Origin: a virus
Virus record (IMG/VR): IMGVR_UViG_3300029766_000013
Direction: 5' to 3' (one strand)
DNA length: 40,859 bases
Positions 34,184 to 40,859 of this stretch are shown here, piece by piece. The translations under genes and the position numbers were made by a program. The notes beneath the pieces are model-generated. The model had not been told where the DNA came from, did no database searches, and worked only from the letters and a program-made list of their open reading frames with translations. Position 1 is the stretch's first letter. Every line of letters starts with the position of its first letter.

Positions 34184-34320
34184 GTTTCTTCCTCCTGAAC
34201 TCTTCTAAGCTGATCTACCGCCCAGTATGCGGATATCCCAAAGAGGATGTTAAACCAGATCGGGATGTCCACATATTTCCCTGCAAGGATGCAGAGGGCT
34301 ATGATTATGTACTGTTTCAT
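34165..34320 (-). CDS. Small membrane protein (51 aa), below the ORF-track cutoff
   Basis: MKQYIIIALCILAGKYVDIPIWFNILFGISAYWAVDQLRRVQEEETCSETK, with two hydrophobic stretches. Confidence 0.4.
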   Translation of the reverse strand: MKQYIIIALCILAGKYVDIPIWFNILFGISAYWAVDQLRRVQEEETCSETK

Positions 34321-34344
34321 AATGTTTGTCCTTCTTTCTCCGCC

Positions 34345-34500
34345 TTAACCGGCGGCTTTTCTTTCGTAATTCATGCTCAGAAGAAGTTCATCCTGTTTCT
34401 GGATGAGCAGGCATTTGATTTCTTCTTCTGACATATCACTGGCTTTATGCTGAATTCCATTAATACGGATATTTCTTGTTACCAGTTTTAATTCTGACAT
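34345..34500 (-). CDS. Small hypothetical protein (51 aa), below the ORF-track cutoff
   Basis: GAGGTGAGGAAG then ATG 34500. Translation MSELKLVTRNIRINGIQHKASDMSEEEIKCLLIQKQDELLLSMNYERKAAG. Confidence 0.45.
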   Translation of the reverse strand: MSELKLVTRNIRINGIQHKASDMSEEEIKCLLIQKQDELLLSMNYERKAAG

Positions 34501-34665
34501 CTTCCTCACCTCTTTTTTATGGTATGGGAAATGATATGTATGGGTTACTGTTTATAAAAATTTAAGCAGTTTGTCGAACGGCCTTTGTTGACTTCTCTTT
34601 GTTTCTCTCCTATTCTTGTATTACAGGCACTGGCATGCCGAGTATCTAAGAAAGGAGTATCGTTT

Positions 34666-34875
34666 ATGGAACCTATTTCAATAAATATCAATGGATATGA
34701 TACTTACTTTACTGAATGTAAGGATTCTGCCGGAAATTATCTTTTAATTGCTATTCCGTCTAATGCTGGCAAAGATATTTCCGAAATCTGTGGAACGATC
34801 ATAAACGGTCATTTCATTAAAATGATTGATTATGCTGTATCCAATAACATTCGTTTTATCAAAGCTTATTATTGA
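34666..34875 (+). CDS. Orphan plus-strand small protein (69 aa) inside the minus-strand early region
   Basis: AAAGGAG lies 7 nt before ATG 34666. A promoter-like TTGACT (34588-34593), 17-nt spacer, TATTCT (34611-34616) lies upstream. The gene is AT-rich. Confidence 0.5.
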   Translation: MEPISININGYDTYFTECKDSAGNYLLIAIPSNAGKDISEICGTIINGHFIKMIDYAVSNNIRFIKAYY

Positions 34876-35197
34876 TAGTGACTGTGATACGTCCATACTC
34901 TTCATAGGGTTTGATTTCCGGGTTGAACATTTTCTGTATGGGCCATCCATCAGGCCCTGGGAGAGTTACAATAACTGGCTTCTCTGCTTTCTTTCCATTG
35001 ATTTCTAATATGTCTTTATCAAAGTCAATTTTTATAGATCGAATTTCCATCTCGCTCCACCTTCCCTCTCTATGCTGTCTCATTCTGGTCTGACAGCTAT
35101 TGACTTTTCTTCTTTGCTCCTTTGGGAGAGAATTTCTTTGAAGTCTGTGTAAAATAGCCAATGTCTTTTCATTATTTTTATTTGTCATTTCACACAT
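34859..35197 (-). CDS. Hypothetical protein; the frame is open further upstream to 35293
   Basis: The listed ORF starts at ATG 35197. The same frame continues upstream as ISTIVVAIIASAITAKIVATYYFKKVDGYVKE (TM-like), beginning at ATA 35293, which lies 5 nt after GAGGTGA. Confidence 0.5.
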   Translation of the reverse strand: MCEMTNKNNEKTLAILHRLQRNSLPKEQRRKVNSCQTRMRQHREGRWSEMEIRSIKIDFDKDILEINGKKAEKPVIVTLPGPDGWPIQKMFNPEIKPYEEYGRITVTINNKL

Positions 35198-35328
35198 TTC
35201 TTTAACATAGCCATCTACTTTTTTAAAATAGTAGGTGGCTACTATTTTGGCGGTAATTGCTGATGCAATTATGGCTACTACAATCGTTGATATTTATCTC
35301 ACCTCTTTCTGGATATGCCTGTTGTTTT

Positions 35329-35342
35329 TTCAACATGTTGAA
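35329..35342. promoter_or_regulatory. Perfect 14-bp palindrome TTCAACATGTTGAA (operator-like), abutting the cro stop
   Basis: The half-site ATGTTGAAC is shared with 35556-35571 and 35610-35618. Confidence 0.5.
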
Positions 35343-35537
35343 CTATGTTTCAAAAAAAATATCCACAACCTTTTTATTCATAGCACGTGCAATTCTAAGT
35401 AATGTTTCTGTAGTTGTTACTGTAATTGTACCGTTCTCTAAACCTGAAATGATTGTTCTGGATACACCAGATTTTTTAGATAACTCTTCTTGAGACATAT
35501 TTATTTCATTTCTACATTCTCTTATTTTAAATCCCAT
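35343..35537 (-). CDS. Cro-like XRE-family HTH protein
   Basis: MGFKIRECRNEINMSQEELSKKSGVSRTIISGLENG is a canonical HTH_3 motif. AGGGGGATAGTAAA precedes ATG 35537. Divergent from the repressor gene. Confidence 0.85.
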   Translation of the reverse strand: MGFKIRECRNEINMSQEELSKKSGVSRTIISGLENGTITVTTTETLLRIARAMNKKVVDIFFET

Positions 35538-35555
35538 TTTACTATCCCCCTTTCT

Positions 35556-35571
35556 GTTCATCATGTTGAAC
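35556..35571. promoter_or_regulatory. Imperfect palindrome GTTCATCATGTTGAAC (operator-like)
   Basis: 14 of 16 positions are self-complementary. Lies in the cro leader just downstream of the predicted cro promoter. Confidence 0.5.
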
Positions 35572-35578
35572 TATTCGT

Positions 35579-35607
35579 ATAGTATCATTTGTCGAATTAT
35601 TTGTCAA
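35579..35607 (-). promoter_or_regulatory. Predicted early (cro) promoter
   Basis: On the minus strand: TTGACA (35607-35602), 17-nt spacer, TACTAT (35584-35579). Confidence 0.6.
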
Positions 35608-35625
35608 GTATGTTGAACAATTTCG

Positions 35626-35654
35626 TTGACTTTTATTTTTCATTATTGTACAAT
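35626..35654 (+). promoter_or_regulatory. Predicted repressor promoter
   Basis: TTGACT (35626-35631), 17-nt spacer, TACAAT (35649-35654) preceded by TG. The operator-like half-site ATGTTGAAC at 35610-35618 lies between the two -35 boxes. Confidence 0.6.
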
Positions 35655-35683
35655 ATACTAAACAAAGAAAAGGTGGTGTATCA

Positions 35684-36253
35684 ATGACACTGGGAGATAT
35701 CATAAAAAAATATCGAAAAGAAAATAATATAAGTATGAGTGAATTTGCAAGTAACTGTTCGCTCAGCAAAGGATATATTTCAATGCTGGAAAATAATGTA
35801 AATCCCAGAAATAACAAGCCTATTTCTCCTACCCTTCCCTCAATAGCCAAGGTTGCTTCTGGAATGGGACTTGAACTAGATACTCTTTTAAAAATGATGG
35901 ATAATGAGCAAACAATAAATCTTGCTTCTGAAAATACCTCAACAAACCAGAATTCTGATTTTGTTTTTCAATTGGGGGATCCCATAGGAACCATTGAAAT
36001 GACAGTAATATCTAACAATAAGGAGCAAACAGCTAAACGTATATCACGCTATATTGATCTTTTAGTTTTATACGATCAATTATCTACATCCAATAAAAAT
36101 AAAGTTTCAACTTATTCAAAGAACCTCCTCTCCACCCAGCAGATGGAAGAAGATCTTCTTGCAGCTCATTCCAGGACGGATGTAGAACAGACTCCTGAGG
36201 GTGTTCAGCATGATCTGGATATTATGAATGATGATTCAGAATGGGAGGAATGA
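35684..36253 (+). CDS. CI/ImmR-like repressor (XRE HTH plus C-terminal domain)
   Basis: LGDIIKKYRKENNISMSEFASNCSLSKGYISMLENN is an HTH_3 motif. Divergent from cro, with RBS AAAAGGTGGTG. Confidence 0.85.
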   Translation: MTLGDIIKKYRKENNISMSEFASNCSLSKGYISMLENNVNPRNNKPISPTLPSIAKVASGMGLELDTLLKMMDNEQTINLASENTSTNQNSDFVFQLGDPIGTIEMTVISNNKEQTAKRISRYIDLLVLYDQLSTSNKNKVSTYSKNLLSTQQMEEDLLAAHSRTDVEQTPEGVQHDLDIMNDDSEWEE

Positions 36254-36254
36254 T

Positions 36255-36575
36255 ATGGCATTAGATATATTGAAATTGCGTAAACTATGTATACCCAAAA
36301 ACATTCGTATTACACTCCACGCAGCTAAAAGGCTGGAACAGCGTGGAATATTCTTAAAAGATGTAATATCCTGTATTATGAATGGAGAAATCATCGAACA
36401 ATATCCAGATGATTATCCTTACCCCAGTTGTTTAATTCTGGGGATGAGCATCGAAGATAAATATCTTCATGTAGTCATCGGAAATCACGAATCGGATTTG
36501 TTCCTTATAACAGCTTATTTCCCCAGTTTTGATAAATGGGAATCTGATTTCAAGACTAGAAAGGAGAACGCATAA
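36255..36575 (+). CDS. DUF4258-type toxin candidate
   Basis: ITLHAAKRLEQRGIFLKDVISCIMNGEIIEQYPDDYPYPSCLILG...LHVVIG fits the DUF4258 pattern. GGAGGAA precedes ATG 36255. Confidence 0.6.
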   Translation: MALDILKLRKLCIPKNIRITLHAAKRLEQRGIFLKDVISCIMNGEIIEQYPDDYPYPSCLILGMSIEDKYLHVVIGNHESDLFLITAYFPSFDKWESDFKTRKENA

Positions 36576-36802
36576 TGACTTGTTTTTACTGCAAAGGTAA
36601 TATTGAATCTTCTACAACAACTTACATGACTGATTATCAGGGATGCTATATCATTATCAAGAACGTTCCTTGTGAAAAGTGTTCTCAATGCGGGGAAGAA
36701 TACTTAAATGGTGAAACACTTGAGCGAATCGAAGAAATTATTCAAAAAGTTAAAGGTATGCTGACTGAAATTGCAGTTGTTGACTACAAGCAAACAGCTT
36801 AA
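36575..36802 (+). CDS. YgiT/MqsA-type zinc-finger antitoxin candidate
   Basis: CFYCKG...CEKCSQCGEEY forms two CxxC pairs in 75 aa. Its ATG overlaps the toxin stop (ATAATG). Confidence 0.6.
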   Translation: MTCFYCKGNIESSTTTYMTDYQGCYIIIKNVPCEKCSQCGEEYLNGETLERIEEIIQKVKGMLTEIAVVDYKQTA

Positions 36803-36843
36803 AGAGAACCGTTTTATTTTAATTGCTAAAGGGGTGATCCCAA

Positions 36844-37311
36844 TTGAATTACGAACAATTACTGACTGCTGCCGATCAGGAAGGGTTACTTGTTAAAGAA
36901 CAGCCTCTTACTGAACATGATGGCCTGATCCGTGGCAGTCGCATAGCAATCCGAAAGGATATAGAAACGCAAGCCGAAAAATCTTGTGTGCTTGCCGAAG
37001 AAATCGGGCATTATCACACCAGTTCCGGAAACATTTTAGACCAGAGCAAGGCAGAAAGCCGAAAACAGGAGTATCGAGCTCGGCTTTATGGGTATAATCT
37101 AAAGATTGGACTTACCGGTCTGATCAGTGCTTATGAAGCAGGATGCAGAAATCTTTATGAGATGGCTGAATATCTGAACGCTACGGAAGAATATTTAAAA
37201 GAGGCTATACAGTGTTACCATTCTAAATACGGTGTATACGCTGCTGTCGATAATTATGTCATTTATTTCGAACCATTTGCGGTGATACATATGATTTCAT
37301 CAACAGATTAA
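36844..37311 (+). CDS. ImmA/IrrE-like domain protein with an atypical metal motif
   Basis: Starts at TTG 36844 after AGGGGTGA. Reads LAEEIGHYH where the family has HExxH, so the first His is replaced by Glu. Lies downstream of the repressor. Confidence 0.5.
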   Translation: MNYEQLLTAADQEGLLVKEQPLTEHDGLIRGSRIAIRKDIETQAEKSCVLAEEIGHYHTSSGNILDQSKAESRKQEYRARLYGYNLKIGLTGLISAYEAGCRNLYEMAEYLNATEEYLKEAIQCYHSKYGVYAAVDNYVIYFEPFAVIHMISSTD

Positions 37312-37314
37312 AGA

Positions 37315-37437
37315 ATGGAGCTATTATTACCAGATTCGCTTTTGGAAGAATATAAGGATTTTACTATTGGACAGATATCTCGAATGACGGGGTATCATCA
37401 GGAACTGATTGAATTACGCATTTCGAAATATTTGTAA
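37315..37437 (+). CDS. Possible 40-aa ORF
   Basis: MELLLPDSLLEEYKDFTIGQISRMTGYHQELIELRISKYL. Weak RBS and below the ORF-track cutoff. Confidence 0.3.
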   Translation: MELLLPDSLLEEYKDFTIGQISRMTGYHQELIELRISKYL

Positions 37438-37455
37438 ACCATTTAGGAACGGAGG

Positions 37456-38871
37456 ATGAATATTGTGGGATTATTCGATATATTCAGAGTTGGCAAAATT
37501 AAGGCCGAAAATAATTCTTTAAAACAGCAGTTACAAGAATTGCATGCTGATGAATATTTTCAAGTAAAAGCTCGCTTGAATTCTATGACCCAAGAAATTG
37601 TTGATAATAATGCGCTTATATCTAAGCAGCATGAAGAACTTTCTTCCCTTACTGAACGTTCTCAAAAAGTCAGTAAGCAGCTAAATACACAGACATCTAA
37701 AATTAATCGCTACAAAGAACTGTATAAGAGTATTGAATATGTACTTGATAATTTTCTCATATCTGATATTCAGTACAGCAACTGTCGCCTAAATCCCCAT
37801 GATAAAAAGGATTTGGAAGCGCTCACTCCCTCGATATCATTATGTTTTCATTCTTTAGATGTTAAAGAGCTTCGTAAGGCATATAAAGAAAATGAGAAAC
37901 AAATAGATCAGTTGATGAATCTTTACAAGTCTCGTTATACTACTAAAGCAAATAAATCTATATATTCTCTTGTCGTTATCGCTCTTAGAGCTGAACTGCA
38001 AAATGTTTTGTATAATCTAAAATACGATAAATTAGAAAAATCTATTGAAGACATTAAAACCATCTGTGCAAAATATCTTAAGATTGCTGCAGAAGGAAAT
38101 CAGAGTATTGCCAGCACTCTCACGAAATTTATTGGTGAAATGGAATATCTTTTTATCAACGCTGTTAAAATAGAATACTCTTACTACACAAAGAAAGAAC
38201 AGGCTCGTCAAGAACAACTTGCTTTAAAAGAACAAATGAGGCAAGAAGCCGAGGAAAGAAAAGCTCTTGAAACAGAACGAAAGAAAATTGAAAAAGAAGA
38301 AACTAAATATAAAATTGAGATTGAAAAACTTCAAGGTTCTCTTAACCAAGCCTCTTCCGATACCGAAACGCAAAAATTACGCGCCCGAATTCTTGAATTA
38401 CAGCAACAACTTTCTAATGTAATTGTCAAAAAGGATGAAATTACTACTTTGCAGAACGGTAAAGCAGGAAATGTATATATAATCAGTAATTTAGGAGCTT
38501 TCGGAAAGGATGTATTCAAAATCGGAATGACTCGTCGTTTAGACCCTCAGGATCGTGTTAACGAGCTTGGCAGCGCAAGTGTTCCATTTAAATTTGATGT
38601 ACATAGTTTTATCTTTTCTCAAGATGCTGTTGGACTCGAAAAGCAACTCCATGATATTTTAAATGAGAAAAGGCTCAATAAAGTAAATCTTCGCAAAGAA
38701 TTTTTCAGAGTAGACATTTCCGAATTGGAAAGTATAGTTACTTCTATTGATCCAACTGCAGAATTTAATAAAACTATGTTTGCAGAGGAATTCCACCAAT
38801 CAGCTGAAATTGATTTGTCGCAACCATCCAATAAAACTATTTGGATAGATGAAGAAGACAATAACGAATAA
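37456..38871 (+). CDS. DUF4041-like coiled-coil protein with a C-terminal T5orf172 (GIY-YIG-related) domain
   Basis: A long coiled coil (QEQLALKEQMRQEAEERKALETERKKIEKEE) is followed by GNVYIISNLGAFGKDVFKIGMTRRLDPQDRVNELGSASVPFKFDVH...LHDILNEKRLN...EFFRV, the T5orf172/MUG113 pattern. Confidence 0.7.
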   Translation: MNIVGLFDIFRVGKIKAENNSLKQQLQELHADEYFQVKARLNSMTQEIVDNNALISKQHEELSSLTERSQKVSKQLNTQTSKINRYKELYKSIEYVLDNFLISDIQYSNCRLNPHDKKDLEALTPSISLCFHSLDVKELRKAYKENEKQIDQLMNLYKSRYTTKANKSIYSLVVIALRAELQNVLYNLKYDKLEKSIEDIKTICAKYLKIAAEGNQSIASTLTKFIGEMEYLFINAVKIEYSYYTKKEQARQEQLALKEQMRQEAEERKALETERKKIEKEETKYKIEIEKLQGSLNQASSDTETQKLRARILELQQQLSNVIVKKDEITTLQNGKAGNVYIISNLGAFGKDVFKIGMTRRLDPQDRVNELGSASVPFKFDVHSFIFSQDAVGLEKQLHDILNEKRLNKVNLRKEFFRVDISELESIVTSIDPTAEFNKTMFAEEFHQSAEIDLSQPSNKTIWIDEEDNNE

Positions 38872-38883
38872 ATTAACATTAAC

Positions 38884-38950
38884 AAAAAACCGCCCCAGTA
38901 TTGGCGTACTGAGACGGTGATCAAAATCTCCGAAGAGATGCTCGATTTGC
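38884..38950 (-). ncRNA. Predicted minus-strand sRNA, copy A (promoter at 38957-38985)
   Basis: On the minus strand: TTGTGT (38985-38980), 17-nt spacer, TGaTACAAT (-10 at 38962-38957); hairpin ATCTC-UUCG-GAGAT (38926-38939); terminator stem 38890-38896/38911-38917, which pairs with G.U only on the minus strand, then U6. Confidence 0.45.
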
Positions 38951-39042
38951 AAAGATATTGTATCATCTTCGGAACAGTTACACAAGTCGAACGTTTATGT
39001 ATATGTGATCACATCAATGGATTGAAGAAAGGAGTTTTCATT

Positions 39043-39585
39043 ATGCCATTACCCAAAGAACGGATTTATACAATAGATGACATCTACGCTCTTCCTGATG
39101 GCGAACGTGCAGAGCTGATTGATGGACAGATCTATATGATGGCACCACCTAATACCAGACATCAGGTAATCGTCGGTGAACTGTATGCTACTATCCGCAA
39201 TTACATTAAAAGTAAAAGCGGATCCTGTAAACCATATGTTTCTCCATTTGCAGTGTTCCTGAATGAAGATAACAAGAACTATGTCGAACCAGACTTAACA
39301 GTTGTCTGCTCACCGGACAAAGTAGATGAAAAAGGTTGTCATGGTGCACCTGACTGGGTAATTGAGGTTGTTTCTCCTGCTACCCAGAGTAAAGATTACG
39401 GAATAAAATTATTTAAATACCGGATGGCCGGAGTCAGAGAATATTGGATTATAAATCCCCTGAAAGGTATCGTAAATGTCTACGATTTTGAAAATGAATC
39501 GGGTACCGGATTGTATTCTTTCGACGATGAAATTCCAGTATGTATATATCCCGATTTATCAATTGTGATCTCTGAATTATTATAA
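39043..39585 (+). CDS. Uma2-family (DUF820) PD-(D/E)xK nuclease
   Basis: AELIDGQIYMMAPPNTRHQ...EPDLTVVC...APDWVIEVVSPAT...K...Y...GVREYWIINP is the Uma2 signature. AGGAG precedes ATG 39043. Confidence 0.8.
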   Translation: MPLPKERIYTIDDIYALPDGERAELIDGQIYMMAPPNTRHQVIVGELYATIRNYIKSKSGSCKPYVSPFAVFLNEDNKNYVEPDLTVVCSPDKVDEKGCHGAPDWVIEVVSPATQSKDYGIKLFKYRMAGVREYWIINPLKGIVNVYDFENESGTGLYSFDDEIPVCIYPDLSIVISELL

Positions 39586-39586
39586 T

Positions 39587-39651
39587 AAAAACCGCCCCTG
39601 TTGGTAGCAGGGACGGCTCAAGAATCTCCGAAGAGATCCCTTTCTTTTGGC
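39587..39651 (-). ncRNA. Predicted minus-strand sRNA, copy B (promoter at 39658-39686)
   Basis: Same architecture as copy A: TTGTGT (39686-39681), 17-nt spacer, TGaTACAAT (39663-39658); ATCTC-UUCG-GAGAT (39624-39637); terminator CCGTCCC/GGGGCGG (39592-39598 paired with 39610-39616) plus U5. Confidence 0.45.
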
Positions 39652-39755
39652 AAAGATATTGTATCATCTTCGGAGCAGTTACACAATCAGAACGTTTGTG
39701 TGGCTGTTATTTTTATACTCAAAATTACATATTTTATAAAACCGAGGTGATATCT

Positions 39756-40859
39756 ATGAGTAGTAAAGTAGCAGCTCTCTATATCCGTGTGTCCACAGAA
39801 GATCAAACAGAACTTTCTCCTGATGCGCAGAAACGTCTTTTGCTGGATTACGCTCAGAAGAATGACATGATTGTTTCCGGAGACTTTATCTTTACTGAGA
39901 GTGTTTCCGGCCGGCACGCACAAAAGCGCCCGGAGTTTCAGAAGATGATCGCCCTGGCGAAGCAGCCCTCTCACCCCATTGATGTGATCCTGGTATGGAA
40001 ATTCAGTCGTTTCGCCCGTAACCAGGAAGAGTCTATCGTATACAAAAGCATGCTCAAGAAGGATAATGTAGACGTGATCAGTGTATCTGAACCATTGATC
40101 GAGGGACCTTTTGGCAGCCTGATCGAGCGCATCATCGAATGGATGGATGAATACTATTCCATTCGATTGTCGGGTGAGGTCTTGCGTGGCATGAAAGAAA
40201 AAGCCCTGCAAAAAGGCTATCAGACGTCTCCCTGTCTTGGCTATACTGCAGTTGGACATGGAAAGCCTTATGTTATCAATGAGGCTGAATATGCCATTGT
40301 CTCTTATATTATGGACCTGTATGATAATCAGAACTTAGATGAGACAGCTATTGCCAGGCGTTGCAATGATCTCGGGTACCGGACAAAACGTGGAAAACTC
40401 TTCGAGCGGCGCAGCATTGACCGGATTCTTGGAAATCCCTTCTATTGCGGAACTGTTGTCTGGAACGGAGTGGAATTTGAAGGAAACCATGAGGTACGTC
40501 TTTCCAGGGAACGGTACGAAAAACGTCAGAAGCTGATCACTTCCCGGAAACGTCCGGTCAAGGCACGGAATGTCTCTGCCTGTAAGCACTGGCTATCCGG
40601 TCTTTTGAAGTGTTCTGTCTGCGGGGCCACGCTTTCTTACACCGGTAATAATAAGTGTCCTTATTTCCAGTGCTGGAAGTACGCAAAGGGATTTCATAAG
40701 ACTTCTGTTGCCTTATCGGTCAAAAAGGCTGAAGAAGCTGTGATAAGTTATTTTGATCAGATCTTAGATGGGGCAGAATTTACATATGTATGTAAAAAGA
40801 AAAAGACTGATCATTCACTGCAGATCGAACAGTTACAAAAAGAAATCAGTAAGCTCACC
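39756..40859 (+). CDS. int: Large serine recombinase (integrase), N-terminal 368 codons; continues at base 100 of the window
   Basis: Not in the ORF track because there is no stop in the window. GAGGTGA precedes ATG 39756. MSSKVAALYIRVSTEDQ carries the catalytic Ser; the resolvase domain is followed by a recombinase domain (GYRTKRGKLFERRSIDRILGNPFYCG) and a zinc ribbon (CSVCGATLSY...CPYFQC). Confidence 0.92.
   Translation, partial: MSSKVAALYIRVSTEDQTELSPDAQKRLLLDYAQKNDMIVSGDFIFTESVSGRHAQKRPEFQKMIALAKQPSHPIDVILVWKFSRFARNQEESIVYKSMLKKDNVDVISVSEPLIEGPFGSLIERIIEWMDEYYSIRLSGEVLRGMKEKALQKGYQTSPCLGYTAVGHGKPYVINEAEYAIVSYIMDLYDNQNLDETAIARRCNDLGYRTKRGKLFERRSIDRILGNPFYCGTVVWNGVEFEGNHEVRLSRERYEKRQKLITSRKRPVKARNVSACKHWLSGLLKCSVCGATLSYTGNNKCPYFQCWKYAKGFHKTSVALSVKKAEEAVISYFDQILDGAEFTYVCKKKKTDHSLQIEQLQKEISKLT
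40761..40859. repeat. Terminal direct repeat, identical to 1-99
   Basis: See feature 1..99. Confidence 0.97.

Noticed and set aside
35542-35850. 102-aa minus-strand ORF across the cro/repressor switch
   Set aside because: It spans the divergent promoter region and the repressor N-terminus in antisense, so it is not credible as a gene.
38619-38966. Minus-strand ORFs beginning MIQYLC at 38966 and 39667
   Set aside because: Their shared N-termini arise only because they start inside the two DNA repeats. They run through predicted terminators and antisense to clear plus-strand genes.
39687-40259. 190-aa minus-strand ORF opposite the start of the integrase
   Set aside because: The plus strand here encodes an unmistakable serine recombinase N-terminus (YIRVSTEDQ and following). 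The minus-strand ORF is a shadow frame with no RBS or motif.

Overview
The window is one complete, circularly permuted genome (unit length 40,760 bp; bases 1-99 are identical to 40761-40859) of a temperate siphovirus-type phage or prophage. AGGAGG-type ribosome-binding sites and gene content point to a low-GC Gram-positive, Clostridia-like host. From 587 to 35537 nearly all genes are on the minus strand. In map order these are: the lysis cassette (GH25+CHAP endolysin, holin, XhlA-like protein); an 830-aa tail fibre with an S74 chaperone domain; a small tail-tip gene interrupted by a tyrosine recombinase and a silent oppositely oriented alternative 3' cassette; Tal; the tape measure protein; G/T chaperones; the major tail protein; four head-tail connector proteins; the major capsid protein; the scaffold; a MuF-like minor head protein fused to an ADP-ribosyltransferase domain; the portal; TerL (reading frame broken near its 5' end); TerS; an AT-rich moron pair; a degenerate tRNA-like element; a sigma-region-4-like late activator; and an early/replication block (HUH Rep, RNase H, PcfK-like, PcfJ-like and small genes) ending at a Cro-like gene. 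The plus strand from 35684 across the junction to 411 carries the lysogeny/accessory module: a CI/ImmR-like repressor, a DUF4258/YgiT-zinc-finger toxin-antitoxin pair, an ImmA-like protein, a DUF4041-T5orf172 protein, a Uma2 nuclease and a large serine integrase that is split by the window ends. The main second-look items are: (1) a predicted tyrosine-recombinase inversion switch that would exchange the C-terminal domain of a tail-tip protein; (2) two paralogous promoter/UUCG-hairpin/terminator modules that look like convergent minus-strand sRNAs just 3' of two nuclease-domain genes; (3) a GC-rich 16-18 bp perfect palindrome present in three perfect and two degenerate copies, in both intergenic and coding contexts and in different reading frames; (4) a short plus-strand RNA carrying an anti-Shine-Dalgarno sequence for the rep gene; and (5) the MuF-ART fusion and the TerL frame break. 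All function calls come from reading motifs by eye; no database search was run.
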